Shown here: piece by piece, positions 1-10,214 of the stretch | How positions within the stretch are numbered: the first letter of the stretch is position 1 | Layout of the letters: every line of letters begins with the position of its first letter | Origin: Spirochaetales bacterium | Lineage (GTDB): Bacteria > Spirochaetota > JAAYUW01 | Assembly: GCA_012797605.1 (NCBI GenBank) | Contig: JAAZOT010000053.1 | Coordinates: forward strand, 280-64,279 | Direction: 5' to 3' | Length of the DNA stretch: 64,000 nt | Translations under genes and position numbers: made by a program | The notes under the pieces: generated by a model | Database searches by the model: none | Told to the model about the DNA's origin: nothing | What the model saw: the letters and a program-made list of their open reading frames with translations, nothing else

Positions 1-1056
1 AGGATTAAAAATACTTATTAAACCAGACTTTTGTAAAATATCATTTAATTCATATTTATATTCACAACTTATCTTTGGAAACTTAACATAACCTTCTAAA
101 GGCTGCATCTTTTCCAAAATTCTAATATAATCTTTGCTAAAAATTAAATTTAATGTCTCTTTTGTTTTTCTTAATTCTTTTGGGAGAAATATAATCAAAG
201 AGTTTTTGAATTTATCATAAGGTAATCTTACCACCTGTATAGAATCATCTTCATAGTAAAGAAGTTTTTTAGGTGAACTGAAATTCATAAAATCGATTTT
301 AACTTTTTTATCATCTAGTGTTGTAAATTCGTCTGTTTTAGTATTTTTAATATCAAAAGGAGTAGCCCAATTTTCATGGAAATATAGAGCATTTAAAAGA
401 ATTGCTATCGTATCTTTATTTATGATTCTCTTATCAAAAAGACTTTTTATCTTATTTTCAGTTTTTTTTGATACCCATTTTTCAATAAGCTTAAAACCAG
501 ATTCTTTTAAAAGATCCTCCTCAAAGATATCCATATAGTAATATTTTTTTGCAATTGTTAAAAAATCTTCTGATATAAGTTTCAATCCTTTTAAGTTTAC
601 ATCTTTATATAAATCACTTCCCTTATTAAGCCAAAAAGAGTTACCAAATTTTAGGCTTACTACCTTATCATCTAAGATTTTTTGTAATACCATTTTATAG
701 TAGTTGTTTATGGCATCAATATTGAAAGATTCATAAAATAAAAATCTTTTTAATTCTTTTAAGCTCTGTCCTGAAATTCCATTTAACAAGTAACTAAATA
801 AAACTTGAATACCAAAAGGAGAATAAAATATACTTTCATTATTCTTATAGTCTATCAGATTTTCTAATAAAAACTTATTAAAATCAATATTGGAACTGAA
901 TATCTTGAAATCAAGTGAACTTTTATCTTCCAATATTTTTTTAAAATTTTGCATATCTTGATATTTATCATTGTTATAAAATGAAAAACTAGATAATGAT
1001 AAAATTAAAATAAAACAAAGGGTAAAAAATAATTTCCCCATAGATTTTTTATTCAT
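1..1056 (-). CDS. Secreted serpin-family protein (3' end runs off the window)
   Basis: Not in the ORF track; translated by hand. ATG at 1056 follows AGAGGG. Hydrophobic leader MNKKSMGKLFFTLCFILILSLSS, then serpin motifs NESIFYSPFGIQVLFSYLLNGISG, NSFWL, IEKWVSKKTENKIKSL, AILLNALYFHENWATPF, DFM, VVRLPY and IIFLPK. The frame stays open to position 1; the reactive-centre loop lies outside the window. Confidence 0.88.
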   Translation of the reverse strand, partial: MNKKSMGKLFFTLCFILILSLSSFSFYNNDKYQDMQNFKKILEDKSSLDFKIFSSNIDFNKFLLENLIDYKNNESIFYSPFGIQVLFSYLLNGISGQSLKELKRFLFYESFNIDAINNYYKMVLQKILDDKVVSLKFGNSFWLNKGSDLYKDVNLKGLKLISEDFLTIAKKYYYMDIFEEDLLKESGFKLIEKWVSKKTENKIKSLFDKRIINKDTIAILLNALYFHENWATPFDIKNTKTDEFTTLDDKKVKIDFMNFSSPKKLLYYEDDSIQVVRLPYDKFKNSLIIFLPKELRKTKETLNLIFSKDYIRILEKMQPLEGYVKFPKISCEYKYELNDILQKSGLISIFNP

Positions 1057-1113
1057 TTTTCCCTCTTTAAATAAAGTACTTAAAAACAAGAGAAATATAA
1101 TATTCGTCAAAAT

Positions 1114-1923
1114 TCAATATAGTAGCCCAATTTTTTCGTCAATCTTATATGTTTTTATCTTGGTATTGAAAAGCTGTGAAATTTTTTCATCATTAATGTT
1201 TTCTCTTTGCTCTAAAAAACAAAGATTACCTTCTTTCATACCACAAATTTTTTTTGAGTAAGAAAATGCAAGTTGAAGGTCATGAGAAATAACGACAATC
1301 GTTTTTCCTTCTTCTTTGTTTAAGTAAGATAAAATCTCATAAAATTCCTTTTTATGAGAAATATCTAAAAAAGAATCAGGTTCATCAAGAAGAAGGATAC
1401 TGCTTTCACTTACAAGAGCTTGTGCTAGCATTACTCTTCTTTGTTCACCACCAGAAAGATTTGAAAAATTTTTATCTTTAATATTTTTTATATCGAGTTT
1501 TTCAAGATAGGATAAAGCTATATCATAGTCTTTACCGCTATAATCCTCAAATACGACTTTGTATGGATATCTTCCCATAACAACATAATCGATGACTTTG
1601 AAATTTATATCTAATGGTATCTTTTGCGGAAGATATGAAACTAGTTTTGCAATCTCTTTTCTTTTCCAGTTTTTTAATTCTTTTCCTTTTAAATAAATCA
1701 AACCTTCGTTTGGTGAAAATTCTTTTGTTATAAGTTTAAAAATAGTTGTTTTCCCACTCCCATTTGGTCCGATTATTGAAAGGAAATCTTTCTCCTCCAT
1801 CGATAGATTGAAATTTTTAAACAAGAATCTTTCTTCACCAGGATACGAAAAAGAAAGGTCTTTAATTAAAAGAAAAGTAGTTGTTGGATTTTTCATAATT
1901 TTAATTTTTATATTTTTATTCAA
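1114..1923 (-). CDS. ABC transporter ATP-binding protein, FecE/FepC/BtuD (iron-siderophore/cobalamin) type
   Basis: GPNGSGKT Walker A, YLPQ Q-loop, VMGRYPY, LSGGEQRR signature, LLLDEP Walker B and SHD H-loop are all intact. The start may be the ATG nine codons downstream. Confidence 0.88.
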   Translation of the reverse strand: MNKNIKIKIMKNPTTTFLLIKDLSFSYPGEERFLFKNFNLSMEEKDFLSIIGPNGSGKTTIFKLITKEFSPNEGLIYLKGKELKNWKRKEIAKLVSYLPQKIPLDINFKVIDYVVMGRYPYKVVFEDYSGKDYDIALSYLEKLDIKNIKDKNFSNLSGGEQRRVMLAQALVSESSILLLDEPDSFLDISHKKEFYEILSYLNKEEGKTIVVISHDLQLAFSYSKKICGMKEGNLCFLEQRENINDEKISQLFNTKIKTYKIDEKIGLLY

Positions 1924-2041
1924 TATTTGACAAATATAAGAATTGGTCTTTTACTTTTGAAAATATTTAACCAATTGAATATTTAGTTTTATTTTTAAAA
2001 AGTCAAATTAAGAAAAGATAGAAATTTATTTAGAGGAAAAA

Positions 2042-2542
2042 ATGAAGAAAATCAATCAACAAGAATTTTTAGATAAAGTTTCGGAAGTAGCTTTCATGGT
2101 TGAAAAAGAAAAAAATAACCTTATTGAGAACCTTTACAAAACTCATCCAGCTGCGCAGTATTTTTTTGAATCATTAAAAACATTATCTTTTCATGAACCA
2201 ACAGAAGATATTTTTGATAAGATTCTAACCTCAGCTGAAAACGCAATCCTAGCCTTTTTCCTCATTGCAAAAGAAAACCCTTTGATTAAATCTATAACTA
2301 TTGAGCAATATGAAAAATCATTAAATAAAAATAAGGACGATTTTTCAAACATTGCAGAAAACGATACAATCAATAAACAGATGATTGAAAGTTTTTTACT
2401 AAAATCATCGCAACCTGCTATTTATACACTACTTTATCTTACTTTCCCTCAGGTCGCTCAAAATGATTGGGATAAAAGCATTGCCTTTTTAGTATTTTTA
2501 AGGGTAAAATCCTTTATAGATTGTATGTCGTTATCTTACTAG
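2042..2542 (+). CDS. Hypothetical protein
   Basis: 166-aa ORF with AGAGGA upstream; no family recognised. Confidence 0.7.
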   Translation: MKKINQQEFLDKVSEVAFMVEKEKNNLIENLYKTHPAAQYFFESLKTLSFHEPTEDIFDKILTSAENAILAFFLIAKENPLIKSITIEQYEKSLNKNKDDFSNIAENDTINKQMIESFLLKSSQPAIYTLLYLTFPQVAQNDWDKSIAFLVFLRVKSFIDCMSLSY

Positions 2543-2581
2543 ATTTTTTTCTTTATTAATTGAGTATTTTTAATTTATTAG

Positions 2582-2647
2582 GTAAGGTTTTTAATATTTG
2601 TATGTAAGATTTTTAATATTTTTAAGTAAGTTTTTTTAGTTTTTTAG
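2582..2647. repeat. Degenerate 22-bp tandem repeat (about 3 copies) in the intergenic region upstream of add
   Basis: GTAAGGTTTTTAATATTTGTAT (2582), GTAAGATTTTTAATATTTTTAA (2604), GTAAGTTTTTTTAGTTTTTTAG (2626), plus a further decayed copy near 2680-2700. Confidence 0.6.
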
Positions 2648-2781
2648 TATTTTTAGCAAGATTTTCGCTATTTTAATTTAGATTTTTAGTATTTGTAAGT
2701 AAAATTTTAAACATTTTGAGTTAGCTTTTCCAAATTTTTAATGAAACTAAAAAAATAAATATCTAAATATGGGGGATAGTC

Positions 2782-3987
2782 ATGACTTGGTATAGTGAAG
2801 ATTTTATTAAAAAAATACCTAAAACAGATTTACACCTTCACCTTGATGGATCCTTGAGGATTCCCACTCTTATTGAACTAGCTAAACAACATAAGGTTGA
2901 TCTGCCTTCATATACAGAGGAAGGGTTAAGAAATCTTGTTTTTAAGAAATCTTATAACAATCTTGATGAATATTTAAAAGGCTTTGCCTATACTTGTGCT
3001 GTTATGCGTGATGAAGAATCAATAGAAAGGATATCGTACGAACTAGCTCTTGACTGCTTCGAAGAGGGAGTAAGATATATAGAGGTTCGTTTTGCACCAC
3101 AACTTTTGATGACAGATAGTCTTGGATTTGAAGAGATTGTAAGAGCTGCAGATAAAGGATTAAAAAGAGCAAGAGATGAAATAAATAAAAAAATTCCATC
3201 AGATGAACCAGAGTTCGATTTTGGAATAATCATATGTGCTATGAGGTATTGTAATGAAAATTTTTCTCCATTTTATAGACAATTTTTTAACCTTTTAAAG
3301 TTTTCAAATCCAAAAGAGAAGATAATACTTGCTTCGCTTGAAGCAGCAAAGGCAGCTGTCTATCTTAGGAAAAATACCGATATCCAAGTCGTTGGTTTTG
3401 ATATTGCTGGAAGTGAATATGGAAATCCAGCAGATAGACATACTGAAAGTTATAAATATATCCATGAAAACTTCTTGCACAAAACAGTTCATGCAGGTGA
3501 AGCCTTCGGACCAGAATCAATATTTTTAGCGATTACCGCTTTGCATGCAGATAGAATAGGTCATGGACTTTTCTTGTTTGATGAATCGATGATTACTTCT
3601 GAAGAGATTTTAGATAAGAAAAAATATATCGAAGATCTTGTCAACTACATTGCAGATAGAAGAATTACAATAGAAGTCTGTCTTTCAAGTAATCTACAAA
3701 CAGTTCCCAAGATAGATCATATAAGTAAACACTCATTAAAGAAGATGCTTGAAAATAAGCTTTCAGTGACTTTCTGCACAGATAACAGGCTTGTTTCATC
3801 AACCACTGTGTCAAATGAATTGAAACTTGCCCTCGATAATTTCCCTATATATCAGCGTCAACTTAAGGATATAATTATTTATGGATTCAAAAGATCCTTT
3901 TATTATCAACCATACACGAAAAAAAGAGAATATGTAAGAAAGGTAATAAATTATTATGAAAAAATAGAAAAAAGCATGATTGGTTAG
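2782..3987 (+). CDS. add: Adenosine deaminase family protein
   Basis: DLHLHLDGS metal motif, YIEVRFAP, GFDIAGSE, TVHAGEA, RIGHG and CTDN. Confidence 0.9.
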   Translation: MTWYSEDFIKKIPKTDLHLHLDGSLRIPTLIELAKQHKVDLPSYTEEGLRNLVFKKSYNNLDEYLKGFAYTCAVMRDEESIERISYELALDCFEEGVRYIEVRFAPQLLMTDSLGFEEIVRAADKGLKRARDEINKKIPSDEPEFDFGIIICAMRYCNENFSPFYRQFFNLLKFSNPKEKIILASLEAAKAAVYLRKNTDIQVVGFDIAGSEYGNPADRHTESYKYIHENFLHKTVHAGEAFGPESIFLAITALHADRIGHGLFLFDESMITSEEILDKKKYIEDLVNYIADRRITIEVCLSSNLQTVPKIDHISKHSLKKMLENKLSVTFCTDNRLVSSTTVSNELKLALDNFPIYQRQLKDIIIYGFKRSFYYQPYTKKREYVRKVINYYEKIEKSMIG

Positions 3988-4080
3988 GGAAAAAGATTGT
4001 AGAACTCAACCCATTAATTTTAATCATCACATTTTTAATTAAGACTTTTTAAGGGCGAATATAGATAAGAAACCTTACTA

Positions 4081-5208
4081 TTATTTTTTATATTCAAATA
4101 TTTGAATCCAATTTATCTTATTCTCCATATCCTCATAACCAAGTTGTCCATAGTAGTTGTTTCCAGCGCCCCATACAGTCCTATCATTTTTTATTAAAAG
4201 GCAGTGTCCCTCGCCTGGTGAAGCAAAAACTACATTATCCATGATTTTTATAAAAACATTTGAATTTTTTGTAGATTGAATGCCAAATTGCCCGTATTCA
4301 TTGTAACCAGTAGCCCATAATGAACCATCATTTTTTATTATTAAGGTTTGGTCTTTTCCTGCAAAAATAGATGAAACATCAATTAATACTTTTGTAAAAT
4401 TTTTAATATTTTGAAAATTTCCAGTTCCAAGTTGGCCAAACTGGTTAAAACCAGTTACCCAAACGGAACCATCATTTTTTAAAATAACACTGTGAAATCT
4501 TCCACAACTTATGGCTTTAACATTAGAGGCAACTACAATAAACTTATTGGTTTGAATTATATCTGAGTTTCCTAGTTGTCCACTATCATTATTCCCAGAA
4601 GCCAACAAGGTCCCATCCCATTTTAATACTAAAGTATGTGAAAGCCCAGAACTGACATTAGCTACATTATCCAACACTTTTACAAATTCATGCCTCTGTG
4701 CATAATCGCCAGTTCCAAGTTCACCATGAGAGTTATTTCCAGTTGCCCAAAGACTCCCATCTTTTTTAATAGCAAAACTGGTATATAATCCAGCAGATAT
4801 TTTTGAAACATCAGATAAAACTTTGACAAATTCAAGTTGATCATCCACATAACCATACCCAGTTTGTCCAAAATAATTATTGCCAGCAGCCCATAGTGAT
4901 CCATCCTTTTTTAACACAAGCGAATGATAACCACCAGCCGAAATATCAGCGACATCTTCCATTACTTTAGTAAGGATAAATCTATCTGTTTTATCTTTTG
5001 TTCCAAGAGCTCCATGGAAGTTGTAACCAGATACAAGCAAAGTCCCATCATTTTTCAATATAAGTGTATGTCTTAATCCACAAGAAACTTTTAATGCATA
5101 AATTTCAACCATTCTTACCTTATGAATAGTTTTAGATAAGGTTAAAAATAAAATCAAAGATAATACCATTAATAGGAAAATAAATATAAAAAGATATGTT
5201 TTCTTCAT
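4081..5208 (-). CDS. Membrane-anchored RCC1/BLIP-II-like seven-bladed beta-propeller protein
   Basis: N-terminal hydrophobic helix followed by seven ~50-aa repeats resembling H-x-L-x-L-K-x-DG-(S/T)-L-W-x-x-G-x-N-x-x-G-Q-L-G. Confidence 0.9.
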   Translation of the reverse strand: MKKTYLFIFIFLLMVLSLILFLTLSKTIHKVRMVEIYALKVSCGLRHTLILKNDGTLLVSGYNFHGALGTKDKTDRFILTKVMEDVADISAGGYHSLVLKKDGSLWAAGNNYFGQTGYGYVDDQLEFVKVLSDVSKISAGLYTSFAIKKDGSLWATGNNSHGELGTGDYAQRHEFVKVLDNVANVSSGLSHTLVLKWDGTLLASGNNDSGQLGNSDIIQTNKFIVVASNVKAISCGRFHSVILKNDGSVWVTGFNQFGQLGTGNFQNIKNFTKVLIDVSSIFAGKDQTLIIKNDGSLWATGYNEYGQFGIQSTKNSNVFIKIMDNVVFASPGEGHCLLIKNDRTVWGAGNNYYGQLGYEDMENKINWIQIFEYKK

Positions 5209-5322
5209 TTTGTTTTCTCTAAATTAATTTAATTATTAATTTTTTTTATATAAAAAATAGTAATTATATTTTTTTCTTATTAAAGTGTTTTTTATTGGAA
5301 GATTTGCAATCAAAAAGGATAT

Positions 5323-5862
5323 TTATTGTTTTATTATGAAAGTCTTTACAATTGTCAATATCATACTGAATACGATACCTGAAAGAATATTTGCAATTGT
5401 CTGACTCTTAAAAGTGGATGCCTTTTTTTTGTTTTTAAAAAGAGAAGCAATAGCTTCGATTAAGATATATGTGAAAACAATCATCGCTAATATTATAAGC
5501 AAGAAATCTACAGCCGTGAATTTTGTAATAATCAACTTGAATTGTTCTGTAATATAAAATACTACTGCTGTTAGTATGCCAAAGAAAAAGTCTCTATAAT
5601 ATTCACTAGAATCTATACTTTTAAATAAAAGAGGATAAACTAATAGAATAAAAACAAGAATCAATGTGCCTATAGAAATCCCTGCAAATGCTTGTTTAAG
5701 AAGAAAACTTTCTGTCTGAGGTATAATCTTTCCAGATTTATTTAAGATTTTATTTATAAATGGATCAAAAATCCCTGTAAAATAGTTTACTACAAAAAAC
5801 AATGTAATAAGGAAGATTAAAAATAATAATAGGTATAACTTAAAATAATCTTTTTTCTTCAT
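5323..5862 (-). CDS. Hypothetical integral membrane protein
   Basis: 179 aa with about five hydrophobic helices; no family recognised. Confidence 0.75.
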   Translation of the reverse strand: MKKKDYFKLYLLLFLIFLITLFFVVNYFTGIFDPFINKILNKSGKIIPQTESFLLKQAFAGISIGTLILVFILLVYPLLFKSIDSSEYYRDFFFGILTAVVFYITEQFKLIITKFTAVDFLLIILAMIVFTYILIEAIASLFKNKKKASTFKSQTIANILSGIVFSMILTIVKTFIIKQ

Positions 5863-6087
5863 ATCTTGTCCTTATTTATTTTAACTTAATTTAGTAGTAA
5901 ATTGTTTTAACTCAATCTATATTAAATTTGTCTTTTATAATTATTATATTTTTATTTTAATTTAATAAAGCATTCGTCTATCTCAAACCAATCTTGCCTT
6001 TTCTACATAGAATTTTTATTTTTTTTTATCGAAAATTTTAATTTTTATTTAATAGGACGCAGTATTCTACCATTTCCCTTTTATTTA

Positions 6088-7521
6088 TTATTCCAAAAGG
6101 TATTCTATCTCTGGTTCCACTATTGTTGAATTTTTAAAACCGACTTTATTTAAATTTAATTTCATTTGCTCTAAGGCTTTTGATTCACCGTGAATCAAAA
6201 ATATATTTTTTAATCTATTTTTATCGTAATTACTAAGATAATCGGAAACTTCTGAATAATCTGCATGTGCCGAAAAAGAATCGAAAACTGCGAGTTCTGC
6301 ATTGTTTTGATAGTATGTTCCAAAGATTTTCACCTCTTTTTCCTTTTCGAGTATCCTTCTTCCCAAAGTATTTTCAGCCATAAATCCGACGATGCATACA
6401 GCATTTTTCGGGTTCTCAATTGAATTTGCAAGATGATGTAAGACTCTTCCCGCCTCTGCCATTCCACTAGATGAGATTATAATACACCTTGTCATGTCAT
6501 TTAATTTTTTAGATTCCTCAACAGTTTGAATGTATTTCAATTTATTAAAACCAAAAGGATTCTTTGAATGTTTAGTAAATGCATCTTTAGTCTCTTCATC
6601 GTAATAATCCTTATATTTTTCAAATATCTTTGTAATATTGAAAGACATCGGACTATCTACAAATATTTCCATATCTTTTGGTATCTTATTTTTATCCTCT
6701 AAAAGATGAATCAAATAAACAAGTTCCTGAGTTCTACCAATAGCAAAAGAAGGTATTATTATTTTACCACCTCTTTGATAAACTTTATTAATAAAGGTTG
6801 CAAGTTCATCTTCAAGATTTTCAAATTTTGAATGAAGCCTATCTCCATAGGTAGATTCACAGATTATATAATCAAAGTCAGAATCTACCTGTGGGTCTTT
6901 TAATATAGGCACCCCCTTCCTTCCAAGATCACCGGTAAATAGAATTCTAATTGTTTTATTATTTTTAGCTTCTATTTCAAAAACAACCTGAGAAGAACCA
7001 AGTATATGCCCTGCATCAATTAATTTAAATCTTATGCCATTTTTTAATTCTATAAATTCATTGTAATCGATTCCGTGCCACAATTTCATCACTTCTACGA
7101 TATCTTCCTCTGTATATATTGGTAGAATCTCTTCAAATTCTTTGCCTTCTTTTAATGCCCTTTTCCTTAAAAATTCAATATCACTTCTTTGTATATGAGC
7201 AGAATCTTTCAACACTATTTCTGCAATTTCAGCTGTCGCATTAGTAGAATATATTGGATTTTCAAATCCATTTTTTTTCAATGTTGGGTAGTTACCGCAA
7301 TGATCATAATGACCATGTGTACATATTGCAAAATCTATAGTTAATGGATTAAATGGTAGATTTTTATTTTTCCTCTCAACCTCTTTTCTTCTTCCTTGAA
7401 ACATACCGCAATCTATCAAAATATTTAATCCATTAGCTGATAAAAGATGTTTAGAACCAGTAACTTCCTTTGCAGCACCATAAGATATTATTTTTATTTC
7501 CCCATTTTTTGTTTTATCCAT
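6088..7521 (-). CDS. MBL-fold beta-CASP ribonuclease family protein (YSH1/COG1236 type)
   Basis: GAAKEVTGSKH, DCGMFQG, THGHYDHCG, AGHILGS, TGDLG, ESTYG, PSFAIGRTQE, SAHAD and IHGE. Confidence 0.92.
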   Translation of the reverse strand: MDKTKNGEIKIISYGAAKEVTGSKHLLSANGLNILIDCGMFQGRRKEVERKNKNLPFNPLTIDFAICTHGHYDHCGNYPTLKKNGFENPIYSTNATAEIAEIVLKDSAHIQRSDIEFLRKRALKEGKEFEEILPIYTEEDIVEVMKLWHGIDYNEFIELKNGIRFKLIDAGHILGSSQVVFEIEAKNNKTIRILFTGDLGRKGVPILKDPQVDSDFDYIICESTYGDRLHSKFENLEDELATFINKVYQRGGKIIIPSFAIGRTQELVYLIHLLEDKNKIPKDMEIFVDSPMSFNITKIFEKYKDYYDEETKDAFTKHSKNPFGFNKLKYIQTVEESKKLNDMTRCIIISSSGMAEAGRVLHHLANSIENPKNAVCIVGFMAENTLGRRILEKEKEVKIFGTYYQNNAELAVFDSFSAHADYSEVSDYLSNYDKNRLKNIFLIHGESKALEQMKLNLNKVGFKNSTIVEPEIEYLLE

Positions 7522-7669
7522 ATTTTATACCTATTTTATCCCTTTATAGTTTTTGCTTTTATTTTTAAATCTTTCAATTTTTATTTTTGATATTTTATAG
7601 TTTTTATTTTTCACTTTTTCTAATTTATTTTCTTTTTATTTTTCTAAGATCCTTCTATATTTTTTATGC

Positions 7670-8230
7670 TTAATTAATATTAATCCCTTCAAATGATAGG
7701 ATTTTCCTTTTTAATTCCTTACCTATACCATAACCACCAAACCAACCTATTGAACCATCAGATTTGATAACTCTATGACATGGTATTATTATTAAGGTTC
7801 TGTTACTACCAACTGCAGAACCGACAGCCCTATAAGCTCTAGGTCTATCTATATTTTCTGCAATATTTTTATATGACACTACTTTACCATATGGAATTTT
7901 TATAAGTTGATTTAATACCCTTTTTTGAAATTCGGTATAAAAGGACATATCTAGTGGAACAGTAAAATTTGTATTTTGTCTTTTAAAATAACTGGTAAAT
8001 TCATTCTTCAAAATTTCAAAATTAAGCTTTGACAATTCACCTACTTCTTTTGGTACACTTTTTATATTGCAAATTCTTATCCCCTTCTTTTCAAAATCCT
8101 TAATGACAACATTTTCTTCCAATAACATCTGAAATAATCCTTTTTTTGAAAAATAACAATAAAACCTTCCTATTTCAGAATTAAAAACAAATGGAACTAG
8201 AAAATATGGATCTTTTTTCTGCTTTCCCAT
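7670..8230 (-). CDS. ogt: Methylated-DNA-protein-cysteine methyltransferase
   Basis: IPYGKVVSY, RAVGSAVGSN and the active-site PCHRVI motif. Confidence 0.92.
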   Translation of the reverse strand: MGKQKKDPYFLVPFVFNSEIGRFYCYFSKKGLFQMLLEENVVIKDFEKKGIRICNIKSVPKEVGELSKLNFEILKNEFTSYFKRQNTNFTVPLDMSFYTEFQKRVLNQLIKIPYGKVVSYKNIAENIDRPRAYRAVGSAVGSNRTLIIIPCHRVIKSDGSIGWFGGYGIGKELKRKILSFEGININ

Positions 8231-8652
8231 AAGCCTACCTTCTTTAATCTAAAAATTTTCGCAAACCAAGAATTTAATCATATCATTAAGAGTAAATATT
8301 CTAAGCTCCTTTAATTTTATTATTTTTTTAATATTATTTTTTAACAAATTGTCTAAAGAGGAATTACTGAACTAATGATATAACATTTCTAAAATTAATA
8401 AATTTTTTTGTTATCATTTAAGTTTTTATGAAAGTAAATACTTGAAAAGGAAAATAAGTGGATTAAAATAATGTTGAACTTATATTTTAAAATAGGGAAA
8501 CTTGTTTTAAGCCAATGGTTATTCTCTAAACTATATTTTCAATAGCCTTAGCAAATTAATTTATAAGACAAAAATTGATCTTTAAAATTTTCTTTACAAT
8601 TTTTCCTTAAGTTAAAAAAATATAATAGTAAAAATATAGAGAAGGAGTTAAA

Positions 8653-10164
8653 ATGGAACTTAAAGTTGCAAAATCAAAAGATTTTATCTATCTTCATTCA
8701 AATATGGCAAATAGGCATGGACTTATAGCAGGAGCTACTGGAACTGGTAAAACAGTTACACTTCAAGTAATGGCTGAAGTTTTTTCCTCCATAGGTGTGC
8801 CAGTTTTTATGGCTGATGTTAAAGGTGATTTAAGTGGTATAAGTGCGAAAGGAGAACCATCTGAAAAATTTTCTGAAAGGCTAAAAAAACTTGGTATAGA
8901 AAACCATCAATTTGAGAGTTTTCCGGTACAATTCTGGGACATTTATCAGGAAAGTGGTCATCCTATAAGAGCTACTATTTCTGATATAGGACCAATTTTA
9001 CTTTCTAGGATACTAGGTTTATCTGAAACACAAGAAGATGTGTTGAATCTCATCTTCAAAGTTGCAGATGAAGAAGGACTCATGCTTTTAGACTTAAAAG
9101 ACTTTAAGTCAATGCTTTCTTATGCTCAGGAGAATATAAAGCAGATCTCTTCTGAATATGGTCTTATCTCTTCACAAAGTATTTCTGCAATTCAAAGATC
9201 TTTAATAAGCTTGGAAAAAGAAGGTGCCGATAAATTTTTTGGTGAACCTATGCTTGATATATATGATATGATGAGAGTTGACTCTTCTGGAAAAGGTTTA
9301 ATAAATATACTATGTGCCGATAAACTTCTTTTAAGTCCAAAATTATATTCCACTTTCCTTCTTTGGATTTTAAGTGAACTTTTTGAAAATCTACCTGAAG
9401 TTGGCGATTTGGAAAAACCTAAATTTATCTTCTTTTTTGATGAAGCCCATCTTCTTTTTAAGGATACCCCAGATGTTCTTGTCCAAAAAATAGAACAAGT
9501 TGTAAGGCTTATAAGATCTAAAGGTGTTGGTATATATTTTATAACTCAAAGTCCAATGGATATCCCACAAAACATTCTAGGACAACTTGGAAATAGAGTC
9601 CAACATGCACTTAGAGCATTTACTCCAGCGGATCAAAAAGCCGTAAAAATTGCGGCTCAAACATTTAGACAAAATCCTGCTTTTTCGACCGAGACAGCTA
9701 TCTCTGAACTTGGAGTAGGAGAAGCTTTAGTATCATTTTTAAATAATGATGGTACACCTTCCATTGTAGAAAGAGCCTTTATTCTACCTCCTAAAGGCAA
9801 AATAGGTCCTATCGATGATAATTTAAGAAGAAAAATCATTCAATCAAGTATAATATATGGCAAATATGAAAAAGTGATCGATAGAGAGTCGGCATTCGAA
9901 ATTCTTAAAGTAAGGGCAGACCAAAAACAAAAACAACTTGAAAGAGAAGAAGCAATGGCTCAGCAGCAAAAACAGATTCAGAATGAAAGAGCTTATAATC
10001 GACAATATTATGATTATGGTCAAAGAAGTTCTTCGAGAAGTTATGCAAAGCAAAAAAGCCCTGTGGAAGATATTGCTGGAGCAGTATTAAAATCAGCCGC
10101 TAGATCTGTTGGTTATTCTGTTGGAAGAAAACTTGTTAGAGGGATTTTAGGTTCACTATTTTAA
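8653..10164 (+). CDS. HerA-like/DUF853 (YjgR-family) P-loop ATPase
   Basis: [55 protein letters not shown]; GAAGGAG RBS. Confidence 0.9.
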   Translation: MELKVAKSKDFIYLHSNMANRHGLIAGATGTGKTVTLQVMAEVFSSIGVPVFMADVKGDLSGISAKGEPSEKFSERLKKLGIENHQFESFPVQFWDIYQESGHPIRATISDIGPILLSRILGLSETQEDVLNLIFKVADEEGLMLLDLKDFKSMLSYAQENIKQISSEYGLISSQSISAIQRSLISLEKEGADKFFGEPMLDIYDMMRVDSSGKGLINILCADKLLLSPKLYSTFLLWILSELFENLPEVGDLEKPKFIFFFDEAHLLFKDTPDVLVQKIEQVVRLIRSKGVGIYFITQSPMDIPQNILGQLGNRVQHALRAFTPADQKAVKIAAQTFRQNPAFSTETAISELGVGEALVSFLNNDGTPSIVERAFILPPKGKIGPIDDNLRRKIIQSSIIYGKYEKVIDRESAFEILKVRADQKQKQLEREEAMAQQQKQIQNERAYNRQYYDYGQRSSSRSYAKQKSPVEDIAGAVLKSAARSVGYSVGRKLVRGILGSLF

Positions 10165-10214
10165 AATACAATTAGAGGGTTAAAATAATTTATAAATAAT
10201 TTTAACTAAAATAA

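Noticed and set aside
1924-2041. Cobalamin riboswitch before the FecE/BtuD-like ATPase; purine riboswitches before add or purE
   Set aside because: The leaders are short or nearly G/C-free, with none of the conserved cores or stems.
4081-7521. BLIP-II-like propeller as inhibitor of the nearby metallo-beta-lactamase-fold protein
   Set aside because: The MBL protein is a cytoplasmic beta-CASP nuclease and the propeller is exported; BLIP-II targets serine beta-lactamases.
8581-8626. Weak 11-bp-phased repeats upstream of the DUF853 gene as a second site for the response regulator
   Set aside because: Too degenerate in an AT-rich background, and the spacing to the -10 differs from the 47219-47260 site.
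8653-10164. HerA-like ATPase as a defence system (HerA-NurA or Sir2-HerA)
   Set aside because: It has the DUF853/YjgR signature, no nuclease or sirtuin partner, and core-like codon usage.
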